A stretch of DNA of 64,000 nucleotides, from positions 153,946,001-154,010,000 of the forward strand of contig JBITNC010000001.1 of the NCBI GenBank assembly GCA_050084985.1, in the 5' to 3' direction. The position numbers were made by a program, and so were the translations under genes. The notes under the pieces were generated by a model. That model saw nothing but the letters and a program-made list of their open reading frames with translations. It did no database searches and was not told where the DNA came from. Positions 41,448-53,639 of this stretch are shown here, piece after piece (position 1 is the stretch's first letter; each line of letters starts with the position of its first letter). Source of the stretch: Nageia nagi. Its lineage: Eukaryota > Plantae > Pinophyta.

Positions 41448-43383
41448 CACTCAAGCTCATAGGGGTTAATTTTGAAAGAAAATTTGGCTAAGTCATTTGT
41501 TACATCAATTGGTAGGCATGTGCATTCTGGGGCATTGTGATGTCCCCTTTTACTTTTAGTGGGACCAGTCTGGTCATCTTGTACTATATTTATTTGATGT
41601 ATTTGCATTTACATTGTTGTAACTCATGATAGGAGTTTTAGTGGGTCATGTGGACCCCACTGTGAGCCCCAAGTGGGACATCTCCCTCTTGAGCAGTAGA
41701 TTAGGCATGTGTTGCATTGGAGATATTAGATTGTGTGAATCCTAGGGTATTTTTATGCATTAGAGTATTGGATGGCCACCAGGATGCTAGTGCCATATTA
41801 GGAAGGGCCCCATACCCCCACATTAGCTAATGAGGACTCCAAGACCCCCTTGTAGGCACTTTAAGTGCTAGGGACCCCACATTGGCATATTATGTGATCA
41901 TGACATGCATGTTAGGATTATGAGTGATCATAACCCCCACATTGGCTCTTTAAGTGATTGGGCCTCCCAAATACCCAACATTGGATTAGATGGGCCTAGG
42001 TGAGTTTCGGACACAAGTAATGTATAAATAGATATTAGAGCTTCATTACTGAAAAACTATTATTACACATTACTTCTATTATAGTCCTTCAGACACAAGT
42101 CTTAGTGGTGCTAAGCATTCCATTCCTAGGTGAAGCGTCTAGAGGGTAGTTAGGCGTTGGGATCCTGATTAACTACAACATTTGGTGGAGCACCTTTGCC
42201 CATCCGATGGCATTCTGAGGGTTAACTTCTACCTTCAGTGGTTATCCAGGTTTCGAGGAGGACTCCTTCAGTGGAGGGAATTCAGGATTTGAGGGAGTGA
42301 ATCTATCCCGTAATTCTACAACTGTTCGGCATCGGAGATTGTAGAGTGATGTGAAGTTGGCTCCCTTGAGGCCAACAACTACCCATTGGGCTTGGTATTC
42401 TATTATTGTTATTCATATTTTTCATATACAACTAGAGGGCTTCAGATCTCATTATTGTGTTGTGTTGTCTCATACTTGTGCATCCGTTGGATCTCATTGA
42501 TTGTATGCACTAGTATTAATCATTTGAAGGCACTTTAATCTACTAGAGTTTGGATTATGCATGTATGAGCCAAACGTTGACATTTTGATATTGTAATCAT
42601 TGATGTATGCTTGCATATGCTAGACGCTGGCATTTTGGTTATCTAAATATATAATCTTTGGTTCCTAACCCTAATGTTGCATGCTTGAGGGTTTGTTGGT
42701 GCATTGCTAGTTAGGGCTTGATGATCCTGTATTGCTAGTTAGAAGAGGAATTTAATTTTTGGATCATCACAAGTGGTATCAGAGCCTAGATCTGGCCAGC
42801 CTGTGCATGAGATCCAAAATCCACCACTACTATACCAAATCTAGCAAGAGAGAGATGGCATCCTCTAGGAAGAGTGGAAGATCAGAGGAGACCGCAGAGA
42901 GAGTCATCTAGGGTGAGGAGAGATGACCATGGATGAATTAGCCACAAAAAGAGAAACTTCTAGCGATGAGGGAGATGAATAGGGGGTGCAAGGAGACAGA
43001 CAAAGGATGGATAGAAGGAGAAGCCCTACTCTGGTTCAGGTATCCACTCTCGAACAAAAGTTTGATGAGCTTATATCTACCATTCACAACATGATTGGGG
43101 TCATGTATTCTATGCATTGGTAGATGTCCAAACATTGGGGAGATTCAGAGGAGCCAAAGAGGTTCCATCCACCATGCGACATGCTAGAGATGATCGAAGA
43201 GCTCAATGACATGTCCAGAATGAGAGGGAGCACCCACAACCAGCTAGGTATGAGAGGGAGCAGCCACGAATGGCTAGGGAGGATAGGGAGCAACCACGTT
43301 GGGCTAGGATTGAGGAGCACCCACGTCTGGCCAAAGATGACCAGGATAACCCACATCCAGCCAGAGAGGGAAGAGGAGCTCCA

Positions 43384-44601
43384 TGTGAGGATCCAAAATT
43401 ACCCTCAATCAAAAATAATCAACACTAGGGTTTCTGCAACCCTCAAACACCAACATGGGCCACCAAATGCTGATGTCAACCCCTAGGGCTTCCCCAACAC
43501 CATGCAAACCCTACAAATGCCCCTCAACACAATTGTACAACACAGAAATGCCAATGATGGGTGTACAAGCAATATAACACAAGTATGAAGTTTCTAACAC
43601 CAATATATCACAACACTTAGAACATACAATGATATAACAACAACACAATCCCACAAGGGCTAAGGCATGCATACAACAATTCAATGAGATGGAACACAAC
43701 GAACTGCCTATATGGCTTGAGATACTATGAATGAACAATGGAGATACACAAATTGAACTAGGGTTCCAAACCCTCTATGCAGATCCAAACCGTAGGATTA
43801 GACTGACTCCCTCAGCTATCTGAATCCCCTCTTGCGAAGGAGTCTCCTCGAACCCTGGTGACCAATGAAGGTAAAAGCTCATCCTCGGAATTCCATCGGA
43901 ATGGGCTAGGTGACCCACCTAAGCTGTAGAATGTCAGGCTCCCAACCCTGCCACTCCTCCAGACATCATCTAGGAATAGTTGCTTAGCACCACTAAGACT
44001 TTGTTGCTCGATCGGGAATGGTATGGAAAGTGTATGATAAGTGGTACCTCATAATGGAGCTTCATCCCCTATATATAGTCTCTCATGTACACAGATCATG
44101 CCTTGTTATCACCCCAAGCCATTTGTAATCCATTATTGGGGTCAACAAGTCAACCATGCCAATGTAGGGGTTATATTGGCCAAGTATACCAACATGGGGT
44201 TCATAAAGGCCCTCAAGGTTGATGTGGGGTCCAAATGGCCTTCTAGGATGACGTGGGGGTCTTTAAGGTCTCATGAGCCAACGTAGGGTATGTGGGGTCC
44301 TCCCAACATTGGCACGATCCTCCATGCACCTCCAACATTCATGACACATGACTACCTTTGGATTCCAACAATCCGAGATCACCCATGAACTACACACAAC
44401 ACATTGGGATTAATCTAGGATAACTCATCACAACACATAATACTACCTAAGGGGAGATGTCTCATTACTGGGTTCACAATGGGATCCACAAACCATAAGC
44501 TCCTGCTTGAGTTACACAATCACAATATGAACATATGAACATATGCTAGAATACAAAGGGGTCACTACGCAATTGCTCATTGGTCCAAATGGGACATCAC
44601 A
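43384..44601 (-). mobile_element. Solo LTR (1218 bp)
   Basis: Perfect TSD CTCCA at 43379-43383 and 44602-44606; TG...CA ends. Confidence 0.9.
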
Positions 44602-46959
44602 CTCCACATTTGGCCAAAGGAGACGAAGATGACTGGGTTGAGGAGGATCGGTCTGATCGGGAGCATAGTTTGAGGAGATCAAGGGGCTTGAGGGATACGA
44701 AATCCATGCATCATGGATCGTTGGAGCAGCTGAAGGCCACACTCCTGAGATCTCACTCACACAAAGCACCCTAGGGTACAAATCTTCTCCTAAGGAGGTA
44801 CCTGGAGGAGGACGTTGGCTCAGTGGAGGAGCAACCAATGATTTCGAAGCCATCTAGACCCATATTTGAGAGGATGGTAGGGGAGGCTTCGAAGGGCAAG
44901 GTGCTGAGTTCGTTGGATTTGAATCAGATCTTCAGAGAGTATTCCATGTTAGATCCTAGTCTGAGGAGAGATGTCAACTTCAATGGCTATCTTGAGCTTT
45001 TGGTGTTGAAGGGTAGCGGTACATATGGCCCATGGCAGTCGAGGAGCCAGTGGGAGGAGAAGGAATTGCAACATAAGATCAGTAAGATGCAAGTGCCATC
45101 GTATGATCAAAAGAAGATGATGTTTAAGGGCATGGTTATATCAACTGCACACTTTTTTCACATTGAATCCTATCATGGTGGAGGAGGATGCGATTCACTT
45201 CGCATCATTGCACTTGGAGGGTGATGCCCTCGAGTGGTGGCAACATGGAGTTATCATCCAGGGGTATTCACTCATCACCTCATTTGATGAGTTTTCTAGG
45301 ATACTGGTGAAGAGGTTTGATCAAAAAAGGGAGAATGATTACTTTTGGGATGTGACGACATTGAGATAGTCAAAAGTAGTGGATGAGTTTGTGATGGAGT
45401 TCCAAAGGATAGCTATCATGATCCATCACATTCCGAAGGAAAGGTTGGCTTTCTTCTTCATTGAGGGATTGATGGATACATTGAGAGGGATGGTCAAGGT
45501 GTCCTCTCCTAGGAGCCTTGATAATGCTATCTGGGCAGCCTATGAATTGGATCCCACCATGAAATCCCCTAGGGGAGGATCGGTTTCCAAGGAGTTAGCT
45601 TACCAGAAGCCATTTGTAGAGGGGCCTAGCAAAGCCAAGACACTTCCTCCATCCAGTCCAAATCAGTTGGATGCAGCTATGCAAAGGAAGCTGTGAGAAG
45701 AGAGCAAGTGCTTCTACTACAAGAAGACTTGGGATCCCGGGCACTGTTCTTTGGGGAAGGGATAGGTGCATTATATTGAGGTGTTTTTGGAGGAGTCGAA
45801 GGACTCAAACTTGGAGTTAGGAGTTGATGTGGACTCAGAGTCATCGCTAGTGGAGGTCACGTTGGGGAGCATGATCGCTTCACTCTATGGTGTGAAGAAG
45901 TACCTGACCTTGAAGATTGTGGGACAGGTAGGTGGATAGGATGTGATGGTGTTGATAGATCATGGAGAATCCCACAACTTCATTGATGTTGGTTTTGCAG
46001 AGCGAAAGAATCTGAAGGCCAAATCATTTGAGGGGTTTTCAGTTTCTAACACCAATGGGAAACTCACCTTGGTTGATCACATTGTTGAGGGGTTTGGAGT
46101 AAGGTTGCAGAGCTTTGTGGTAAGGGAGGACTTCTACATATACCCTTTAAAGGGGCATCCTCACATCATTCTTGGAGTCCAGTGGCTATTTGGTTTAGGA
46201 GATAATCATACCAAGTATCATAAGCTCACCATGAGTTTCGAAATAGATGGTAAGACACACACACTACAGGGCATCCAGGATGATTGTCCACAAGTGGAAA
46301 ACAAGTGGCTAGAAGTGATTGAGTGGTGTCGATAGAAGGAGGATGTTGAAGGAGGGGTCGCGTTGGGTCATGGAGGAGCTAGGACCCTGACGTTGGACAC
46401 ACAAGAATATTTCTAGCCCATGTTGGGCACATAGGAGGTTTTCCCATGCATGTTGAGCTTCCTGAGAAGTAGCCATCCCATGTTGGGCATCTAGGAGGCT
46501 TATCATGCCATGTTGAGCAACTGAGAGGCCTATCATCCCATGTTGAGCTGTCAAGAGAGTTGGTGTCCAAAGATGAGGATTAGGGAGGTCAGGACTACTG
46601 TAGCTAGGTGCTATCATGATAGGCACCCATTGTTGAGCTTGAGGGAGGTTGCATTCCCCTCTTGGAGTTTTCAGGAGGCGAAGGATGAGGTGATTTCTTG
46701 CCTCCCACTAGCTATGAGGATCTTGGGAGTTTCTGAGTGGAGTTTGGAGGAGATATTGCTGCCTAAGTGAAGCTTAGGCTTTACTTGCTTTTCATTGATC
46801 ATCATCTTTCCTAGGTTTTTGCAAGTTCAGTTCAGCTTTGGTGACCATGCGCTTCCATGGCTATGGAGGATCATCACCAAGCATCTGTTGACGAGTGGCA
46901 GCTATAGCAAACCAAAGAATTTGCCACTTGCATTGAGATAGGAGCATGGAGCTCCAACC

Positions 46960-49900
46960 CATTGATATTTTTTTTTTCCTTGCCCAAAACAAGCACAAGA
47001 CTTGGAGGAAACAATGTTACTTGTTCCCGCCTGAAAGGATTGGCTATCCCAAGTGCTCACATGGAATATGGTCTTGATGGCTTAGGAGTTAGAGATGCAT
47101 GTTGTTAACCGTATACAAGGGAAACTCGATTTGGGATTCCCCTCTTTAATGAGGAAAGATTGCAAATGTGAATGAAAGCAAAGAAAGATCACAAATGTAG
47201 GGAAAAACATGGGAATAAATGCAAGGCAATGTAAGGAAAGGAAAAGACCTATGAGGATGTCACTAGGGATACAATGTCTTGGTAGGTCATTTTCAGACTC
47301 ATTAAGGTCTATACACTCATTATTAAGCCAGAAAGCAAATAACAAATATGCTCAAATCACTACCAGATGAGAGCAGGAAGCTGTAGGGTCTTTATGGAAG
47401 ACTCAATGGAAAGGGTAAAGATGGAGTGAAGGCGTAAGTGTAGTAACCTAACCAAATGATATAAAGATAAGCTGTAGGCCTCAGAATATATCCACTTGTG
47501 TGCAAACTATGCAAAGAAGGATCATACTCTTTCACAAAATAATCAATATGCAGTTCATAGAAAGAACCATTCAGATATGCATAATCCCACAAATGATGTT
47601 CCTCACAGTATAACTTTATGATTTTATTCCTCTAAACAAAAACACATTCATATTGATTTTCAATAACAAAACATGCATAGAACCCATTATGCAATGGAAT
47701 GTGAATCTTATGACATGCAAATGCTCAAAATGAATGTACAAATGAATTCAATAGCCTCAATCTCAAAATGCAAGAACTCCAATATATGATGCTTTCATTA
47801 CGTGCAAAAGTCCAATGCAAAAATAGTACAAAGACCATGTGTATAAACTCTTTATGTCAAAATTCCTCATGCAAAAATCCCGTATGTCAAATCTCTTTCT
47901 AAATGGCCCGAATGGGGTATAAATAGGCCACTAGAAATATTACCCTAAAGGCATCAAATATGATATGGTGTGCACACATGCAACACACATACCAATACAA
48001 AATCAGATATCATCCCACAAAACTATGTAAGTGGCATCTAAAGCTGACAAAATATAAATGCGACAGCCACAATGCATCTACTCTACATCTATTCTATCTA
48101 ACAAAAAATTAGATATGCAATAAATAGATTGAAAAGGTTTGACATCAAAATTGGCGAGAGCAAAACCTCATCCCTGCATCGAGCAGAGTCATAAATGAAT
48201 TTAACAGATTTGACCTAGCCGGAGAAAAAACCCATCCCTACACCAGTCAAATCAAAGTAAAGTCTGACAAGCAACCTATATGTACTAAACATGAAAAAAA
48301 GTACTATAGAGGAAGTTTACGGGTGAATTAGATCTAGGCCAAATCTGATTCGATACGAGCAAAGTTCCACTCCTTGCTGGTGAGACCATAGGACTCGATG
48401 ATCTCCTCCAAAAACACCATGATCTTCTTTATGCGCCTAGAGATCATACCAATGGTACTATCATTCTATTGGAAGTAATCCTCAATCTTCTTGATTGTGG
48501 CTTGCATCTAGTACTGCCAAATGACCATCTGCCTCTCGTGCACAATAGGAAGTCCTTCCTTCAGCAAGTTTAGATCCTCAACCTCAAGATGCTCTTGGAT
48601 TAGATTTTGGGCCTCTGCCAATACTGCTTCCTTCTTTCGAACATTATTATTCTCCCCTTGGAACTTGAGCTGATAAAGATACTTGCTCATTTGCTTCGCT
48701 ACCTCCTTTCGCAAGGGGATCCTTACTTTGAGGACAGCATTGCAGTTCTTGAGTGTGTGGTTCAACCAATCATGGTGATATGTGAACTCATGGAAGTAGA
48801 CCAATTTCTCGAGGTTATTGGCGTAAGTGTGCTGCAAGTGGGAGATGTTGGGTAGGTAACTATCCAATTGGTCGAGGTGAGTAGTAATTTGAGCTCTGAG
48901 ATCCTTGATCTCAACAACCTCATCTAGGAGCTTGTAAATGCGTGAAGACAATCTCTCAACGATCTCCATCATCTTGTTCTTGAGCTACTCCTTTATGAGT
49001 TCCTAGCCCTCATGGAAGGAAGTTTGTTTCTACAAATGTAAGGGAGTGGTGCTGATTTTCTGAAACTCCTTTATGATTTTCCAATTGGCTTTGAGTTCCT
49101 TCTTTAATTTCTTCACATCCTGTTTTGGCTTCATAGCCTTCTTGTTCCATGACTGCAGCATTCTAGGTAACAATGTGTTTCTTGGTCATTAATCCCATTT
49201 TGATTGGTATCTTGAAAGTTTCGATAATACGGTCCTCAGGCCTCTAAGGATGCTTCTTCTTGGAGTAGCAATGGCTGATGGAGATCTCCTTTTGAGAGGT
49301 GGAGACAAAAGTGTCCACCCTCCAAATTTTCTCCCCATCTGAAAGTTCTTCTTCCTCGTCCTCGGATCACAAGTCCTATTCTATATCTTCATCATGAGCC
49401 GTACTCATGCTGAGGGCTCTAAGGCATGCATCTAGGTCAAGATCTGGATGTTCAATCACTGGTCGAGTGGGAAACCTTTGAACTAGCAATCTCAATTTAT
49501 CAACTTTCTTGGCCTCTTTTGCTAGGATAGTTGGAACTACCATCACCTCCTTGCCCTGATGCTCTTCTTGCCTTCTCTTCTTCTTTTGTTCTTCTATCTC
49601 TCCTTCATCCTCTTCATCTCCTCCACTACGACTTAGAGATATTCCTGTATTTTGGAGCAAGAGATTTTTCTCATGACTCCTCCTGGTAGAGGGTTTATGC
49701 AAGGGAGATCTTTTCCTAGGTTCACCAAGAGAGGATTTGGATGCAGCCACCTCTCTAGCACACTTTTGGCCAAGTATCTAGATGCCATCATCATAAGTGC
49801 CTACGTCCACTATCTCATCTTCCGGGATCGTTTCCACTTCCGTCTCATTTGATGCTAAGCACCAATGGCTACGTCTCCTCGCTGAAGTGAATGGAAAGTG

Positions 49901-52900
49901 TTGGCATCATCTTCCTCTTCTACTTCTCTCTAACTATGGCTCTCTTATTCTTCTGTAGAATCTCCAGCTATACAGTCAGGGTTTTCATCAGCTTCTTCAT
50001 CCCCCTTCGTCCTACACATTCCTATACCTTTCTTCACCTCCCAAAGATTTGTGTGGAAATGGAATGGGTCAATGAAAAGGAGTGTCATAGAAATGGGCAA
50101 TCATCCCCTCGGGATCATAGTTCCTAGTAGCAGCTTCCCTGAATAAATTATACTATTGTAGCTCCTCTCGCATGTGTGTTGCCTCCACCCAAGTCTAGCA
50201 CACATATCCAGATATAGAAATAGGCAAGTTGATGGTGGTGTTTTTCTTCTTCTAGACCTTCTCCTTTAGGAACAAGAGCTACCTAGCAAACTCCATGAGG
50301 ATCAACCTGTCGTTGACATACTTGGGCAGGAGCATGGGCTCCTCCTTCGAGCCATAAAATCTAATGTAGGTGAAGTCAACATCTTGCAAAAAAAAGTCTT
50401 CATGCATACGAATAGCCTGGATATCAGCATCAAAAATCTTCTTCACCATAGACTCTCCCTTGATATCCTTGTAGATATCATACTCTCATGCATCAATTTT
50501 TCCATGAAAACACTCAAATTTATTTTGGCACCACCATTTTTGGTATGCCCTTCACACGGGGGCTCTCTTCTCCCTCAAGTACCTCTCAGAAGCTAGCTCC
50601 TTGGATTTGACCTTGCCATGTAGTAACAAATATACCAGGTAAGAGTTCATGTAAAATCTCTTTGAAGAGCCGAAAAAGGACAATTGGTAGCGCAAGGCAT
50701 CACTGATAACCCCTACCCACCGAATGGGCCTCCCCAAACTGATTGCAACCATAAAACCTATGAATTCCCCCCAGTACTTGGCATCATTCTCTTGACTGGT
50801 TCCTCTTAGTAATAAGGTGATCATTTTTGGCACAACTAGCAGAAATTCTTCTCTTCATGCATTATCAACCTTTGCCCCTGAAGGTTCTGAAATTCCTCAA
50901 GCAACCAAGGTCTAACATAGTTTCGAGTCCGGGAAGTGGAGTCATGAAACTCCTCTAAATGGACCAATGTATAGTCATCCCCATAACATTTCCAGCCAAA
51001 AGTTGCTTCAATACTAGAAGGGGTGAAGTCCATGATTACATTGCCCTCTGTATCCTGTAGCACTCTCTTGTTGAAATCACACTTCCACAAGTTGGGAAAA
51101 GGTATTGCAAACAGTATCATGGCGGCATTGAACAAGCCTCACATGTGGATAAGTTCCCCAGATAGGTCCTCCTTGCTCAGAGAGGTTGTAAAGGCCAAGG
51201 TCATAATTGGGTCCAAGTTACCCCAATCAATGTCACCAACAAAGATATATTTCCCCTTAAATTTGGTCTGAAGGAGCTCTGGTTTGCTCTTCGATTGAAA
51301 TTCTATCAAACTCTCCTTCAAAAGTCGAGCCATCTGGGTTTTAGTCACATCCCTCTCAAATAGTTGGCTCTGGGTCTTCCTAGCCTTCAAAGAGGGTGCT
51401 TTGGTGCTTGAAGCCATGGAGGACACTACCTAACTCCTTCCTCAATTACAGATGTATGACTAGTCTAGGCGCACAGTTATGAATTAGTGCAAAAGAATAG
51501 CCAAGAAAGCATGCGACGGGGCCTAGGGACACTTAGTCAATTTCTCGAACAAAACTCTTCACACCAAAGTTGGTTGCATGGTTTTGAATGAGTGCCTCAA
51601 GCATGAATGAAAAATGATGCGACTAGGTTCAAGGGTGGATTTGAAATGCCTTAGCCAAAAGAGGCTTAACTGGATGTATAGCATCCCTGAATCTCCCTTC
51701 TATCTTGGTTACACGTTCTGAAGTGGGTGCTTGAGCATGCATGAAAAATGATGCGATCAAGCCCTAAAATGAGTGCAATGTCTTCTAATGTTCCTTCCTT
51801 GGTCGCGCATTTTGGGATGGATGCTTAGCATGTATGGAAAATGATGCAACTAAGAAGAGGGATGAAAATGAGGTATGAAATGCTCAAGGATAGGGCGATA
51901 TTTATAGATTTGCTCTTGGGCTAGGTGTTACTCTCTTACCAACTTGCTAAAAAGTCCATTAGAAAGCTTACAAACAAGGTTGCATGCATGGTGGAGGGTG
52001 CAAAAGAACCAAATAGGAATGGTGCAACTAGGAAGTGGGACCAAGGGATTTAGCCAATTTTCCAACATACTTGAGCTCTTAACTCCCTCATCCCATCTTT
52101 TTGGATGGGTGCTCAAAGCACATGCTTGAATCCTTGTACCCAACTCTTGGCATGCTTCCCAAGGTCTAAATCTTGAACAAAACTTCGAAAAAGGTATAGT
52201 ATGTCCTTGGTCGCACATGCAAGAAGGGGTGCTTTTTCTCCTATCTCCCCACGCTATGGCCCTTTCCAACTTTGCAAACTGAAATGAAGGGGGGTGACTT
52301 CCCTTTTATAGCCTTCTAGGTGGGTCACCATGGGATAGGTGTAGGATGAGGTCCAATGCATGGGATTCAATTTGTCACCAATGTCCAACACGTAGCTTAT
52401 TTCCTTTTCTTTTCCCTGGTTGCATGGTTTTAGATGAGTGCAAAAGGACTCATCTCCATCCTTGCAACAAGCCTTGAGGCTTTGAAATTTGGTTAAGTGT
52501 TCTTCAAGCTGATCGTACCCTTTGAGAGGAGTGCAAAAGGACTTGATGAAATCCATGCGACGGCCTTTGAGGCTTCAAAAAATGCTAAACATGAAGTTCT
52601 TGGTCACATGGTTCCTATGGAGTGCAAAAGGACTCATTCCAATGCATGTGACATCTTCAAAAATGATGCTAAGTCTGAAATTCTTGGTTGCATGGTTCCT
52701 GAGGAGTACAAAAGGACTCACTCCAACGCATGCGACATCAAAGTGGGACAAAAAATGCTAAGTATGATCTGAAACCTAGTCTGGTCGCACCTTCTCCAAG
52801 GGGTACAAAAATGACTCCCTCAAAAACATGCGATAGGCTGAAAACATGCCCTTTTCCTGCATTTTTCGACAACATGATGACAACCAAGATACAAGGTGGG

Positions 52901-53205
52901 AGAAATACAAAAAAGGGAGGCCCTCAAAAGCTTTTTTAAATAGGATGATGTAGACGACAAAGACAAGGCTGCATGGTCGCATGGTTGAAAGGGGGTGCAA
53001 AAGCATTCTATGGAAAACATACGACAGGATAAAAGTGCATAAAAAATGACACTATTGATGCGAAAATGCAAATTGAACATGTTCCCAATATCCTCCAAAA
53101 GGTATGCATCTTATAGATAGCTTTCATTCAATCTTTTCTTCTTTTATGTTTCCTGAGGATCCTTGAAATGCAAAAACATTTGGGGGGTGTTGTGTAGGCA
53201 CAACA
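46960..53205 (-). mobile_element. Tat-type solo LTR (6.25 kb) containing a long ORF
   Basis: 5' terminus TGTTGTGCCTACACAACA on minus; perfect TSD CAACC at 46955-46959 and 53206-53210; host element resumes colinearly with 23450 onward. Confidence 0.88.
48317..51426 (-). pseudogene. LTR-internal ORF copy 2 (degenerate)
   Basis: ORF fragments 51139-51426, 50836-51135, 50552-50833, 49376-49750, 48508-48972: VGDIDWGNLDP, VIMDFTPSSIEATFGW, GRPIRWVGVISD, KRFYMNSYLVYLLLHG. Confidence 0.82.
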
Positions 53206-53639
53206 CAACCACCCACTCCTTGCCACTGTCCAACATGGTGCATATTGAAGTTGTATTCCACCACCATGTGCTTCGGTTGATAATTTCAGAGGATGCAAAG
53301 GAGACTGGATGCCCCCTTGTACTTTTAGTGGTACCAGTTTGGTCATCTTGTACTATATATATTTGATGTATTTGCATTTACATTGTTGTAACTCAGGATA
53401 GGAGTTTTTATGGGTCATGTGGACCCCATTGTGAGCCCCAAGTGGGATGTCTCCCTCCTTAGTAGTAGATTAGGCATGTGTTGCATTGGAGATCCCGGAT
53501 TGTGGGAATCCCAAGGTATTTTTATGCATTAGAGTTTTGGACAGCCACCAGCATGCTAGAACCACATTGGGGAGGGGCCCATACCCACATTGGCTAATGA
53601 GGACTCCAAGAACCCCACGTAGGCACTTTCAGTGCTAGG

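Larger units (their letters stand above)
41536..53639 (+). mobile_element. Non-autonomous Gag-PR element with both LTRs (5' LTR 41536-42771, PBS 42774-42785, partial 3' LTR ~53308-53639) and nested insertions
   Basis: TGTGATGTCCCC...GGATCATCACA then TGGTATCAGAGC; gag 44823-45696, protease 45943-46335; the two LTRs are colinear over ~330 bp; PPT region deleted. Confidence 0.88.

Noticed and set aside
38834-41608. Numerous 60-125 aa ORFs rich in F/K/L
   Set aside because: Chance ORFs in AT-rich tandem repeats, present on both strands
46960-53205. ORF-bearing units as TIR DNA transposons
   Set aside because: Only ~5-bp terminal inversion, 5-bp TSD, no recognisable DDE motifs, and a homologous unit is followed by PBS and gag
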